Origin: a virus
DNA: 64,000 nucleotides
Virus record (IMG/VR): IMGVR_UViG_3300034356_001231
Location: 23,809-87,808 of that record
Strand: one strand, 5' to 3'
Shown here: positions 1-8,527 of the stretch, in pieces
How positions within the stretch are numbered: position 1 is the stretch's first letter
How the letters are laid out: every line of letters begins with the position of its first letter
Program-made: the position numbers and the translations under genes
The notes under the pieces: generated by a model
Told to the model about the DNA's origin: nothing
Database searches by the model: none
The model's input: only the letters and a program-made list of their open reading frames with translations

Positions 1-1
1 A

Positions 2-730
2 CTACTAGGCGTATCATTCACTGGTATCTATGATAATCCTTTGATGAACGATTACAATGATCCTGAGTTGCCTGCACGTCTAGAACGTCTACGTCAGGTT
101 GCTATTGATACGAATAAGGAATGGAGCGAGAAACTTGGAATTAATCAGTCAGTAGCTATTACCTGCGTTAAACCATCAGGAACAGTCAGTCAATTGGTCC
201 TTAGTCCTTCTGGCATTCATCCAGGCCATGATAGGTACTACATCCGCCGTGTGCGCAGCGACAATAAAGACCCACTCACCAATCATCTTATTTCTGCTGG
301 CGTGCCTCATGAGCCAGACGTTACTAAGCCTCATTCTACTACTGTCTTTAGTTTCCCGATGAGACTACCAGATACTTCAATCACAAGAGAGAATGTATCA
401 GCTATTGACCATCTAGAACTTTGGTTGAAGTATCAGCGTCATTGGTGTGAGCATAAACCATCTGTTACTATTAATGTAACGGAAGCAGAATGGCCACGTG
501 TTGGCGCATGGGTTTATGATCACTTTGATGAAATGTCAGGCGTTTCCTTCCTACCATATGATGGTGGTACATATCGTCAGGCGCCATATGAAACCATCAC
601 AAAAGAAGAGTATGAAAACACAATCATAAATATTCCGACGACTGTTGATTGGGATAACTTGATTGAAATGGTTGACAACGTAGAAGGCGTTCAGACATTG
701 GCTTGTAGTGCAGGAAATTGCGAGATATGA
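2..730 (+). CDS. nrdJ: Class II (B12-dependent) ribonucleotide reductase, C-terminal part (5' end outside the window)
   Basis: Frame is open from base 2 (LLGVSFTG). Motifs TCVKPSGTVSQL, WCEHKPSVT, SGVSFLP, YRQAPYE and the C-terminal ACSAGNCEI redox pair. Confidence 0.92.
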   Translation, partial: LLGVSFTGIYDNPLMNDYNDPELPARLERLRQVAIDTNKEWSEKLGINQSVAITCVKPSGTVSQLVLSPSGIHPGHDRYYIRRVRSDNKDPLTNHLISAGVPHEPDVTKPHSTTVFSFPMRLPDTSITRENVSAIDHLELWLKYQRHWCEHKPSVTINVTEAEWPRVGAWVYDHFDEMSGVSFLPYDGGTYRQAPYETITKEEYENTIINIPTTVDWDNLIEMVDNVEGVQTLACSAGNCEI

Positions 731-1095
731 GCGAAGAATGGAAAGACGGATACAAACAAGGTTTCCAAGATGGCATGGAAATAGGAAAATTATGGAGGGA
801 CCAGATGGTCCCTCCACCTTCTGTTGGTCGATTAGACTATGGCGAACAGAAATGTAAAGTCTGTGGAATGTCTTTCACTGATAGTCTTGGTAGATTGAAA
901 CCTATGGGATATGTTTGTTCGCATAACAATTGTCCTAGTAGAATTACTTGTAACACAAGCCAACCATATAATTCTTCATGGTCTACTTCTATGGCTGCAT
1001 CTTTAATAAAAGATCCTGGTCCTAGTGATGGTATGTCTTATGAGGAAATTTATGGTTCAGTAATTTATCAACAAAATAAAAATAAGGAAGAATAA
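727..1095 (+). CDS. Hypothetical protein with CxxC...CxxxxC
   Basis: ATG overlaps the nrdJ stop; Cys motifs. Confidence 0.65.
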   Translation: MSEEWKDGYKQGFQDGMEIGKLWRDQMVPPPSVGRLDYGEQKCKVCGMSFTDSLGRLKPMGYVCSHNNCPSRITCNTSQPYNSSWSTSMAASLIKDPGPSDGMSYEEIYGSVIYQQNKNKEE

Positions 1096-1284
1096 ATGAA
1101 GGTTGACGCAGAATTATTCGATCTTTGTAGAGAATTTATAAAAGAACATAAAATTGAATGTGCAGAAGACATCTATCAGACAGATAGCGTGTCTGAATAT
1201 TCTTTAGAATTTATTGAATCAATCTGTGAATTAATTGGTTATCATGAAGAAGAAGAAATAGAAGACGAAGAATACGAAGATTGA
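1096..1284 (+). CDS. Acidic hypothetical protein
   Basis: AAGGAAG RBS; abuts neighbouring genes. Confidence 0.7.
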   Translation: MKVDAELFDLCREFIKEHKIECAEDIYQTDSVSEYSLEFIESICELIGYHEEEEIEDEEYED

Positions 1285-1508
1285 TACGTATTGATCCTCC
1301 TATACCTTTGTTAACACCAAAGGGCAAAGCATTAGCGCATTTTCTTATTGATTATGGGTTTGAGCACGATTTATATTGGGTTTGTTTTCAAGAAGAAACT
1401 GGTGAATGTTGGACTTGGAATAATAAAGATATAAGAGCGCAAAAGAATATTACGGCTGGTAGGATAAATATCCCGAAGGAGATTCGGGATGTGGACTTAC
1501 AAAGGTGA
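1281..1508 (+). CDS. Hypothetical phage protein
   Basis: Overlapping start/stop; Trp-rich motif WVCF..TGECWTW. Confidence 0.7.
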   Translation: MIRIDPPIPLLTPKGKALAHFLIDYGFEHDLYWVCFQEETGECWTWNNKDIRAQKNITAGRINIPKEIRDVDLQR

Positions 1509-1887
1509 AATCTTAGAAGATATACCAGAAGGCTATGTTGGAATGGTTTATATGATCACCAACATAGCCACTAATAAAAAGTATATCGGCAAAAAGATTT
1601 TTCATTTTACTAAAACAAAACAAGTAAAAGGTAAAAAGAAAAGATCTAAAGTTGAAAGCGACTGGAAAAATTATTATGGCTCCAACAAAGAACTCAATGA
1701 GCATGTGGAGTTGTTTGGAGTCAACAACTTTAAAAGAGAAATTCTGCATCTCTGTGTCAATAAATCTCAAATGTCTTATCTAGAATTACGAGAACAGATA
1801 GATCGTAGAGTATTGGAAACAGAAGAGTATTATAACGAATGGATCTCTGCGAAAGTTCGTAAAACAAAACACTTGACTAATCTATAA
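1489..1887 (+). CDS. GIY-YIG family nuclease-like protein (T4-like conserved)
   Basis: GMVYMITN...KYIGKK, YYGS, ELREQ, YYN pattern. Confidence 0.8.
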   Translation: MWTYKGEILEDIPEGYVGMVYMITNIATNKKYIGKKIFHFTKTKQVKGKKKRSKVESDWKNYYGSNKELNEHVELFGVNNFKREILHLCVNKSQMSYLELREQIDRRVLETEEYYNEWISAKVRKTKHLTNL

Positions 1888-1900
1888 AATATAGTATAAT
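1873..1900 (+). promoter_or_regulatory. Sigma70-type early promoter
   Basis: TTGACT-16 nt-TATAAT. Confidence 0.65.
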
Positions 1901-1926
1901 TGGATTATTAACAATGGAGGTGTTAT

Positions 1927-2025
1927 ATGGCATGGCCACATAAGAATCGTCCTCGTAAGGGACGTAGAAAGATCGGCTCTCAGAAACGTAAGGCACGTCG
2001 CCTAAAGGGTCGTAAGCGTAAGTAA
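1927..2025 (+). CDS. 32-aa Arg/Lys-rich peptide (not in the ORF track)
   Basis: GGAGGTG RBS, then MAWPHKNRPRKGRRKIGSQKRKARRLKGRKRK*. Confidence 0.75.
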   Translation: MAWPHKNRPRKGRRKIGSQKRKARRLKGRKRK

Positions 2026-2047
2026 TAAAATTGAAAGGTGAATAAGT

Positions 2048-2335
2048 ATGAATAAGTTTTTCCTAACAGCAGCATTTGTTCTCGGTCTATCTGGCTCTGC
2101 ATTTGCTCTGCATACCCACGATGAGACACACAACGGTAAGACTGTTGCTGTTCCTGGCGCAACTAAGAGCAATGGCGTTTACGCTCCAGCAGCGCAGTAT
2201 ACTCCGCACGGTCTAGTTGTGACTGCTCCTCCAGGCGCTGACGTTGATGTTGATAACGATGGTAGTGATATTTCAATTGATATTACTCCAAAGGGCAAGC
2301 GTGGCCTTCTTGGGCTTGGCGTTCTAGGTCTATAA
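2048..2335 (+). CDS. Secreted hypothetical protein
   Basis: Sec-type signal peptide MNKFFLTAAFVLGLSGSAFA; AAGGTG RBS. Confidence 0.8.
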   Translation: MNKFFLTAAFVLGLSGSAFALHTHDETHNGKTVAVPGATKSNGVYAPAAQYTPHGLVVTAPPGADVDVDNDGSDISIDITPKGKRGLLGLGVLGL

Positions 2336-2337
2336 CA

Positions 2338-2796
2338 ATGAAAAAGCTGAATCTGAATGAAGTAAAAGAATTCATTGTCAATACATCATTGTCAACTAAA
2401 ATTTACATCGGTTCAGATTCAGCACGTCATCGTAAGGGTGATGTTTGGTTTGCTGAATACTGTACTGTTATAGTTGTTCACTATGATGGTAAACATGGTT
2501 GTAAAGTTTTCGGTGAGTTAGAAACCGAAAGAGATTATGACCAGAGGAAAGACAAACCACGCATGCGTCTCATGAATGAAGTAATGAGAACTGCGCAGAT
2601 GTATCTTGAACTTGAAGAAGCTATTGGCGATAGACAAGTTGAAATACATCTGGACATCAACCCTAACGAAAAGCATGGTTCATCATGTGTCATTAGTGAA
2701 GCAGTAGGTTATATCAAAGGAATGTGTAACGTAGTACCTTTCGTAAAACCAAAAGCATTTGCTGCTTCTATTGCAGCTGATAGGCTGCTCGCGTAG
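2338..2796 (+). CDS. RNase H-fold YkuK/DUF458 family protein
   Basis: IYIGSDS, RLMNEV, EIHLDIN, KPKAFAASIAAD motifs. Confidence 0.8.
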   Translation: MKKLNLNEVKEFIVNTSLSTKIYIGSDSARHRKGDVWFAEYCTVIVVHYDGKHGCKVFGELETERDYDQRKDKPRMRLMNEVMRTAQMYLELEEAIGDRQVEIHLDINPNEKHGSSCVISEAVGYIKGMCNVVPFVKPKAFAASIAADRLLA

Positions 2797-2804
2797 CCTA
2801 TCTT

Positions 2805-2881
2805 GGGGATGTAGAACAATTGGTTAGTTCCCGCTGCTCATAACAGCGTGGTTGCAGGTTCGAGTCCTGCCATCCCTACCA
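2805..2881 (+). tRNA. tRNA with CAU anticodon (Met or Ile2)
   Basis: GGGGATG/CATCCCT acceptor stem, CGCTG-CTCATAA-CAGCG anticodon arm, GGTTCGAGTCC T-arm, encoded CCA. Confidence 0.9.
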
Positions 2882-2899
2882 TTTCCGAAAGGTTTTATT

Positions 2900-3253
2900 A
2901 TGAATTGTTTGATCCCATTTTTGTGCGCATTAGTTATGAATGCGCCAGATAATAATCATAAATCTAAATATATAAATAAACATTACCAGGGTGGCGGACA
3001 TAACGCCTCTTGGTATAACGACCGGAGCGGACGGACAGCATCCGGCATGCGTCATCACTATGGTGTTGCGCATAGAACTCTACCATTTGGAACAACAGTT
3101 TGCATTAGCAATCCTGCAAATGGTAGATCAGTAGAAGCCGTTGTAACCGATAGAGGGCCATTCGTCAGAGGAAGAACTATTGACGTCAATCAAAACGTGG
3201 CTCGTGCCCTTGGTTTCCGAGGAACCGCACATCTAAATTACCATCCGTGTTAA
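2900..3253 (+). CDS. RlpA-like double-psi beta-barrel lytic transglycosylase
   Basis: ASWY, TASG, AHRTLPFGT, VTDRGPF, RTIDV; hydrophobic N-terminus; ATG at 2900. Confidence 0.88.
   Translation: MNCLIPFLCALVMNAPDNNHKSKYINKHYQGGGHNASWYNDRSGRTASGMRHHYGVAHRTLPFGTTVCISNPANGRSVEAVVTDRGPFVRGRTIDVNQNVARALGFRGTAHLNYHPC
2971..2978 (+). promoter_or_regulatory. T4-type late promoter
   Basis: TATAAATA upstream of the secreted peptidase gene. Confidence 0.45.
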
Positions 3254-3289
3254 GGGTCGGTTGCACATAACAGAAAGGTAAATCCCAAA

Positions 3290-3811
3290 ATGAAGAAGAT
3301 TATTTTTGCTGCTGTGACAGCAGTAGCTATGCTTGCGATTAGCAGCACAGCTGAAGCACGTCGCTACAGCCAGAATACTCAGTATTCGCAACACGAAGAG
3401 GTAGACTTTGATCCCATTGGCTCTCTCTTCGGAGGAAGTAATTGGAGTGTAACACCACAATTCCGATTACATCCAAAACATGCTGTCTATCATAACAGCC
3501 GTTACCACACTTACTCTCATCATTTTTCTGGCAATATGTCAAGATCAATTGTATCTTATGGTCATATGCTTCAGAATATGGGACTGAGAGTATCCGAACA
3601 TCCAGCATTCGGTGGCGTTCACCATGTTCATCATGGTCATGCGCATTATGCTGGACGTGCGATCGACGTTAATGTTGGTCGTGGCGTATATGAAGCACAT
3701 TCCGGCTATGCTCATAAGTTTGATGCTATTGCAGCACGAGCAAGAGCAGCTGGCTATACAGTACTTTGGCGTGTGGCTGGTCATTTCAACCACATGCACA
3801 TTCAGAAGTAA
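3290..3811 (+). CDS. Signal-peptide-bearing Zn peptidase of LAS/M15-like type (putative endolysin)
   Basis: Signal peptide ending AEA; HYAGRAID (H-x6-D) and HFNHMH (HxH) Zn ligands. Confidence 0.7.
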   Translation: MKKIIFAAVTAVAMLAISSTAEARRYSQNTQYSQHEEVDFDPIGSLFGGSNWSVTPQFRLHPKHAVYHNSRYHTYSHHFSGNMSRSIVSYGHMLQNMGLRVSEHPAFGGVHHVHHGHAHYAGRAIDVNVGRGVYEAHSGYAHKFDAIAARARAAGYTVLWRVAGHFNHMHIQK

Positions 3812-3820
3812 TATAAGTAT

Positions 3821-3850
3821 AAGGGTGGCAATGTCCGTGCCACCCTTTTA
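3821..3850 (+). terminator. Rho-independent terminator
   Basis: AAGGGTGGCA...TGCCACCCTT stem followed by a T tract. Confidence 0.75.
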
Positions 3851-3852
3851 TC

Positions 3853-4431
3853 ATGGAGGCAAACTTGAACGTAGAAAAAGAGGATAAAAATATAGAAATC
3901 CCTAACATTGAAGATCATCACTACCTATTATTCAACTCGATTTTTGACGCAAGTTCAACAGGCGAAGCAATAAAATTTATTCTCGCTCGTAATCTTATGA
4001 AAAAAGATCGCCCAAAATTCATGAAGATGATCATAAATTCTCCAGGCGGCGAAGTCCCTTCAGCCTTTGCGTTAATTGATACGTTAAAAGGTTCAAAGAT
4101 TCCGGTGTATACATATGGACTTGGTGAAATTGCTTCTTGTGGTCTACTTACGTTCATGGCGGGAACGAAAGGACATCGTTACATTACTAGAAATACCGCA
4201 ATTCTTTCCCATCAGTTCTCATGGGGAACTATTGGCAAAGAACACGAGTTACATGCATCAGTAAAAGAATTTAATAACACCAGTCAACGTATTATAGATC
4301 ATTATAAAAAATGCACTGGCCAGACTGAAGCGACTATCAAGAAATATCTATTACCACCAGAAGATGTTTGGTTAACGCCCAAGGAGGCAGTGAAGTATGG
4401 TATCGCAGACCAAATTGTGGATTTTTACTGA
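3853..4431 (+). CDS. clpP: ClpP-like protease subunit
   Basis: INSPGG, GEIASCG (catalytic Ser), SHQ (His), DVWLTPKEAVKYGIAD. Confidence 0.88.
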   Translation: MEANLNVEKEDKNIEIPNIEDHHYLLFNSIFDASSTGEAIKFILARNLMKKDRPKFMKMIINSPGGEVPSAFALIDTLKGSKIPVYTYGLGEIASCGLLTFMAGTKGHRYITRNTAILSHQFSWGTIGKEHELHASVKEFNNTSQRIIDHYKKCTGQTEATIKKYLLPPEDVWLTPKEAVKYGIADQIVDFY

Positions 4432-4636
4432 GTGGGCAGCAACCTTAATACTAATCATTGGCGTTGCTCTTACATCATGGAACATATATCCAGCTAACAT
4501 ATATATTAGTGCACTAGGTAATTTTTTATGGTTACTTATGGCATTGTATTGGAAAAAGTGGTCTTTGATTGTTATTCAAGTATTCATACTGTTAATATAT
4601 ACAGGTGGTGTAATTAAAGTTTTTATGGGAGTATAA
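4397..4636 (+). CDS. Small membrane protein, about 3 TM helices
   Basis: Three hydrophobic segments. Confidence 0.7.
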   Translation: MVSQTKLWIFTEWAATLILIIGVALTSWNIYPANIYISALGNFLWLLMALYWKKWSLIVIQVFILLIYTGGVIKVFMGV

Positions 4637-4637
4637 T

Positions 4638-5339
4638 ATGGCAATTATTCGTTTTTCTACCGAAGAAGTGTTCGGTACTGATTCTCAAGAATATGAAATC
4701 CTAACAAATGCAGTAGCTAAAGTAGGCGATACACCAGGAGCAATCGTTGAGATTGGCACTCGTCGTGGTGGTTCTGCTAAGTTGATTATTGATACGCTTG
4801 TCGAGAATGGTAACTCTGATCGTTCTATGTTCTGTATTGATCCTTATGGTAATATTGAAATTGAATGCACCAATCTTAATATGACTATGCACAATCCAGA
4901 CCGCCAAATCGATGGCGATAAGATGTCTAAGGAATTGACATCTCCTCAGCGTTTTGATTATGACAACACCATGCGTAATCGCACTATTCCTTCTCTGTAT
5001 TTCTATGCATACCAGGCAGGTCTTAACTTTTCTTTCTTTTGTCTAGAAGATCACGAGTTCTTTAAGCGTTATGCTGATGGTGTTCCTGTTTATGACGAGT
5101 TTAAAAAGTTAGAAAATGAGTATGCATTTGTTTTCTTTGATGGTCCACATGATAATGAAACGCTACACATTGAATGTGACTTTTTCGTAAAGAGAGCGCC
5201 AGTCGGAGCAGTATACGTATTCGACGATATCTGGATGTATGATCACGATGAGATCGTAGAGAATACTTATCTGTTCCCTAATGGTTTTGAGGTTCTCGAG
5301 AAAAGCAAGATCAAGGCTTCCTACGTCAAGACTAAGTAA
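4638..5339 (+). CDS. Class I SAM-dependent methyltransferase (TylF/Methyltransf_24-like)
   Basis: IVEIGTRRGGS, CIDPY, FVFFDGPH, VFDD. Confidence 0.82.
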   Translation: MAIIRFSTEEVFGTDSQEYEILTNAVAKVGDTPGAIVEIGTRRGGSAKLIIDTLVENGNSDRSMFCIDPYGNIEIECTNLNMTMHNPDRQIDGDKMSKELTSPQRFDYDNTMRNRTIPSLYFYAYQAGLNFSFFCLEDHEFFKRYADGVPVYDEFKKLENEYAFVFFDGPHDNETLHIECDFFVKRAPVGAVYVFDDIWMYDHDEIVENTYLFPNGFEVLEKSKIKASYVKTK

Positions 5340-5345
5340 TATAGA

Positions 5346-5385
5346 TCCTCCAGGATTATAAATAATACATAACAATTCTGGAGGA
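5346..5385 (+). promoter_or_regulatory. Late promoter inside an RBS-sequestering hairpin
   Basis: TCCTCCAGGA (5346-5355) pairs with TTCTGGAGGA (5376-5385, contains the SD); TATAAATA at 5357-5364 lies in the loop. Confidence 0.7.
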
Positions 5386-5388
5386 ACC

Positions 5389-6114
5389 ATGCTAAACTTT
5401 GGTAATTATCTATCTGAATTAAAATTGACTCTTCAATATCATGACGAGTTAAATCCTAAGATTTGGAAAACCGAAGATAAGCTAAAACCAGAAGTTCGAC
5501 AGGCGCTTCTGAAGTTTGCTTATACTTGGGCAGATTTTGCCAAGATACCAAAGTCAATGATCGATCATGTTATTATGACAGGCGGTAATGCCAATTATAA
5601 TTACACTAGCAAATCAGACATTGATGTTCATGTTATGGTTGATCGTTCTAAACTCTTCTCGGATCCTAAATTTGTAGAAGAATATTTACAGGACAAAAAA
5701 TCTTTATGGACTCTTACTCATAATGTAGATGTTTATGGTTATCCTCTTGAACCTTACGCTCAAGATAAGACTCTGAAATATCCCAAGAATCAAGGAATAT
5801 ACTGTTTAACAAAAGATGAATGGTTACAGAAACCTAGAAAAATTGACTATGATTTCAAAAACGATCATCTTCTGAAACAAAAAGTTTCACATTACATGCA
5901 TGCAATTGATCATATGATCAACACTAAAATGAATGTTGATGCTTTTGAAAATATGAAGTCTCGTTTCAAAAACATGCGTGCTGCTTCTCTGCAACAATAT
6001 GGTGAATTTGGTAGAGAGAATCTTCTATTTAAAGAGTTACGTAACCGTGGGTACATAGACAAAATGAATAAATATGAAACATCACTCAAAGATAAAGAAC
6101 TCTCTTTAAAATAG
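5389..6114 (+). CDS. Pol-beta superfamily nucleotidyltransferase-like protein with a capsid-targeting-like N-terminus
   Basis: GGNANYNYTSKSDIDVH (G-G/S...DxD); N-terminus MLNFGNYLSE. Confidence 0.7.
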   Translation: MLNFGNYLSELKLTLQYHDELNPKIWKTEDKLKPEVRQALLKFAYTWADFAKIPKSMIDHVIMTGGNANYNYTSKSDIDVHVMVDRSKLFSDPKFVEEYLQDKKSLWTLTHNVDVYGYPLEPYAQDKTLKYPKNQGIYCLTKDEWLQKPRKIDYDFKNDHLLKQKVSHYMHAIDHMINTKMNVDAFENMKSRFKNMRAASLQQYGEFGRENLLFKELRNRGYIDKMNKYETSLKDKELSLK

Positions 6115-6170
6115 AGCTTTTCTTTTTCTTAAATGTAGTCTATAATAGAGTGTCTTAAATGGAGGTTGTT

Positions 6171-6290
6171 ATGACAATGAGCAGCGAACTAGAATTTATG
6201 GTTGAAACAGATATGATTGAACGGGGATATAATCCTTATAACCCAGAAGAAGTCAATATGTATTGGGAGAGCTATTTCAATGGCCATTGA
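6171..6290 (+). CDS. 39-aa acidic hypothetical protein (not in the ORF track)
   Basis: GGAGG RBS; MTMSSELEFMVETDMIERGYNPYNPEEVNMYWESYFNGH*. Confidence 0.6.
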   Translation: MTMSSELEFMVETDMIERGYNPYNPEEVNMYWESYFNGH

Positions 6291-6555
6291 AATCTACTCA
6301 AAGAACAATTGTTCTTTTTGCGAACAAACTAAAAAAATCCTAAAAATTCATGGTAAAGAATATGTCGAATATAAACTCGACGAAGACTTTACACGCGAGA
6401 TCCTTCTTTCAAAATTTCCGGAAGCCAAGACATTTCCGGTTATTGTTGTCGATGGTTTTAATATTGGAGGATTCGAACAACTGAAGAAATATCTCACAGA
6501 AGAAACTTCTGACAACAGAAAGATTCTATTAGAAACCAATTATTATGGAGCTTGA
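6280..6555 (+). CDS. Glutaredoxin
   Basis: IYSKNNCSFC, TFPVI, IGGF. Confidence 0.9.
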   Translation: MAIEIYSKNNCSFCEQTKKILKIHGKEYVEYKLDEDFTREILLSKFPEAKTFPVIVVDGFNIGGFEQLKKYLTEETSDNRKILLETNYYGA

Positions 6556-6839
6556 TTGTGGTTAAGTACGTAAGAGACACCTTATTGCAAGAACTTCGTA
6601 AGAATGTCATGGCTGTTCATTTTACTAAAGTGAATGGTGAAAAGCGTGAAATGCGTTGCACTCTTATGCCAGAACTTCTTCCGCCAAATTACGTTACCGA
6701 ACAATCAGAAGAAAAAGATTTTCATGGCAAGAACCCAGATGTTCTTGCAGTATGGGATGTGATGAAGGGAGGCTGGCGTTCATTTCGCATTGACTCCATT
6801 GAGTATGTTGAAATGTTAGATCCATATCAATATATGTAG
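6552..6839 (+). CDS. WYL-like/SH3-fold conserved T4-like protein
   Basis: FTKVNGEKREMRCTL, VWD...GWRSFR. Confidence 0.75.
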   Translation: MIVVKYVRDTLLQELRKNVMAVHFTKVNGEKREMRCTLMPELLPPNYVTEQSEEKDFHGKNPDVLAVWDVMKGGWRSFRIDSIEYVEMLDPYQYM

Positions 6840-6848
6840 GAGAAACTA

Positions 6849-7211
6849 ATGAACGAAAAGACTTATTGGGGGCATCATCTTATAATTAATGCAGGTGAAT
6901 GTAACCATCAAACAATCACAGATTACAATACGATTTATCAGTTTGCCAAACAGTTGGTAGAGCAGATTGATATGGTCGCATATGGCGAACCACAGATTGT
7001 TAAGTTTGGGCACGGAGATAAGCAAGGTTATACCTTAGTTCAGCTTATTGAAACTAGTAATATTTGTGCACATTTTGTCGACGAAACTAATGATGCCTAC
7101 ATTGATGTCTTTTCTTGTAAGCCATTTGATGAAAAGGTTGTTATCAATCTAGTTAGAACATTCTTTGAAGCAAAGAAATTCGATACGATGTTTATTGACA
7201 GACAAGCGTGA
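6849..7211 (+). CDS. speD: S-adenosylmethionine decarboxylase proenzyme-like protein
   Basis: GHHLII, GYTLVQLIETSNICAH (self-cleavage region), YIDVFSC. Confidence 0.8.
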   Translation: MNEKTYWGHHLIINAGECNHQTITDYNTIYQFAKQLVEQIDMVAYGEPQIVKFGHGDKQGYTLVQLIETSNICAHFVDETNDAYIDVFSCKPFDEKVVINLVRTFFEAKKFDTMFIDRQA

Positions 7212-7218
7212 GGATTAT

Positions 7219-8052
7219 ATGGTCGATATGATTTGGTCTGATTTCGATCCGGAATCAGAATATTCAATTAAGCAACGTGAAGCTAAAGCAATAAATGGGC
7301 CAGATTATTGGCCAACTATGCGGGAAGTGTTCAAGCATGATTGTGCTACACTCCCGCTCAATCGTTTTAGATTGTGGGCTTCGTGTCACAATGTTCCTTT
7401 TATTACACAGTATAGAACTTCTCGTTTTGTAGGCGAAGCATTCTATCATGCTGCTCGTGATGCAGAAATCGCAGAAGCTCTTGAAGAAAATTGGATTGGC
7501 GCTCCTGAACATATTCGTCCAGCCCTTAAAGTTACCTCTGACTTCGACACTTCTATGCAGCGTATTCAAGATATAGCTCATTTGTGTATTACTGGATTTG
7601 CGAAGAAACTGAAAGACATGGAATCAATCGTTGAGATTGGTGCAGGTTATGGAGACATGTGTTCAGTTGTTCATGCTTTAGGATTCAAAGGTAAGTATAC
7701 CATTGTTGATATTCCAGAGACTCAACCTATTCAGGCGCACTATCTTGGTAAGCAAGGTATAACTCCGGAGTGGTCATTCGAAGACGATAATGTAACACAT
7801 TCTGATCTTGTTATTGCTACTTGGTCGTTGTCAGAAACACCAGTAGAATATCGTAATGTATTAATGCCAAAGATTGACAAATCTAAAAATTGGCTTATAC
7901 TAGCACAGTCAGAAGTATTTGGTTTGAAAGTTAATGACGATTACTTCAACAATTTCTTCCTAGATAAGGAAGTGGAAAAGATTCCGTTGATCAGTAATGG
8001 TCTTGACGTTTGGGATGGAGGAAATATGTATTATGTTGTACGGAGCGAATAA
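7219..8052 (+). CDS. Putative sugar O-methyltransferase
   Basis: IVEIGAGYG, YTIVDIP, LVIATWSLSE; AGGA RBS before ATG 7219. Confidence 0.75.
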   Translation: MVDMIWSDFDPESEYSIKQREAKAINGPDYWPTMREVFKHDCATLPLNRFRLWASCHNVPFITQYRTSRFVGEAFYHAARDAEIAEALEENWIGAPEHIRPALKVTSDFDTSMQRIQDIAHLCITGFAKKLKDMESIVEIGAGYGDMCSVVHALGFKGKYTIVDIPETQPIQAHYLGKQGITPEWSFEDDNVTHSDLVIATWSLSETPVEYRNVLMPKIDKSKNWLILAQSEVFGLKVNDDYFNNFFLDKEVEKIPLISNGLDVWDGGNMYYVVRSE

Positions 8053-8527
8053 AACGTTTTATCCTTCCACTGCCGAACCATGTTATAATACCGCTGAAAA
8101 GTGGAAACCAAACATTGGTATTACATTCGGTGCGTTCGATCTTCTGCATGCTGGACATACAACTATGTTACAGCAGTGTAAAAATCAGTGCGATCAGCTG
8201 ATTGTCGGTCTTCAGTCTGACCCTACAATTGATCGTCCAGATACAAAGAATAAACCAATTCAATCTTTATTTGAAAGATACGCGCAGCTTGATGCATGTC
8301 GTTGGGTTGATGCCATCATTCCATATGATTCAGAAAACGATTTATTAAATATACTAAGTATTGCTGATGTAAGAAAAAGGTTTATAGGTGAAGAATACAG
8401 AGGCCAATATATTCATGGTTCTGATATTTGCGCCGCAAGAAATATAGAAATTATTTTTATTGATCGTCAACATGGATTTTCTTCTAGCGAATTGAGAAGG
8501 CGAGTTGCTAATGAGTCACACAGATAA
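8033..8527 (+). CDS. HIGH-family cytidylyl/adenylyltransferase (TagD / RfaE domain II-like)
   Basis: TFGAFDLLHAGH, LIVGLQSD, ER..QL, FSSSELR. Confidence 0.85.
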   Translation: MLYGANKTFYPSTAEPCYNTAEKWKPNIGITFGAFDLLHAGHTTMLQQCKNQCDQLIVGLQSDPTIDRPDTKNKPIQSLFERYAQLDACRWVDAIIPYDSENDLLNILSIADVRKRFIGEEYRGQYIHGSDICAARNIEIIFIDRQHGFSSSELRRRVANESHR

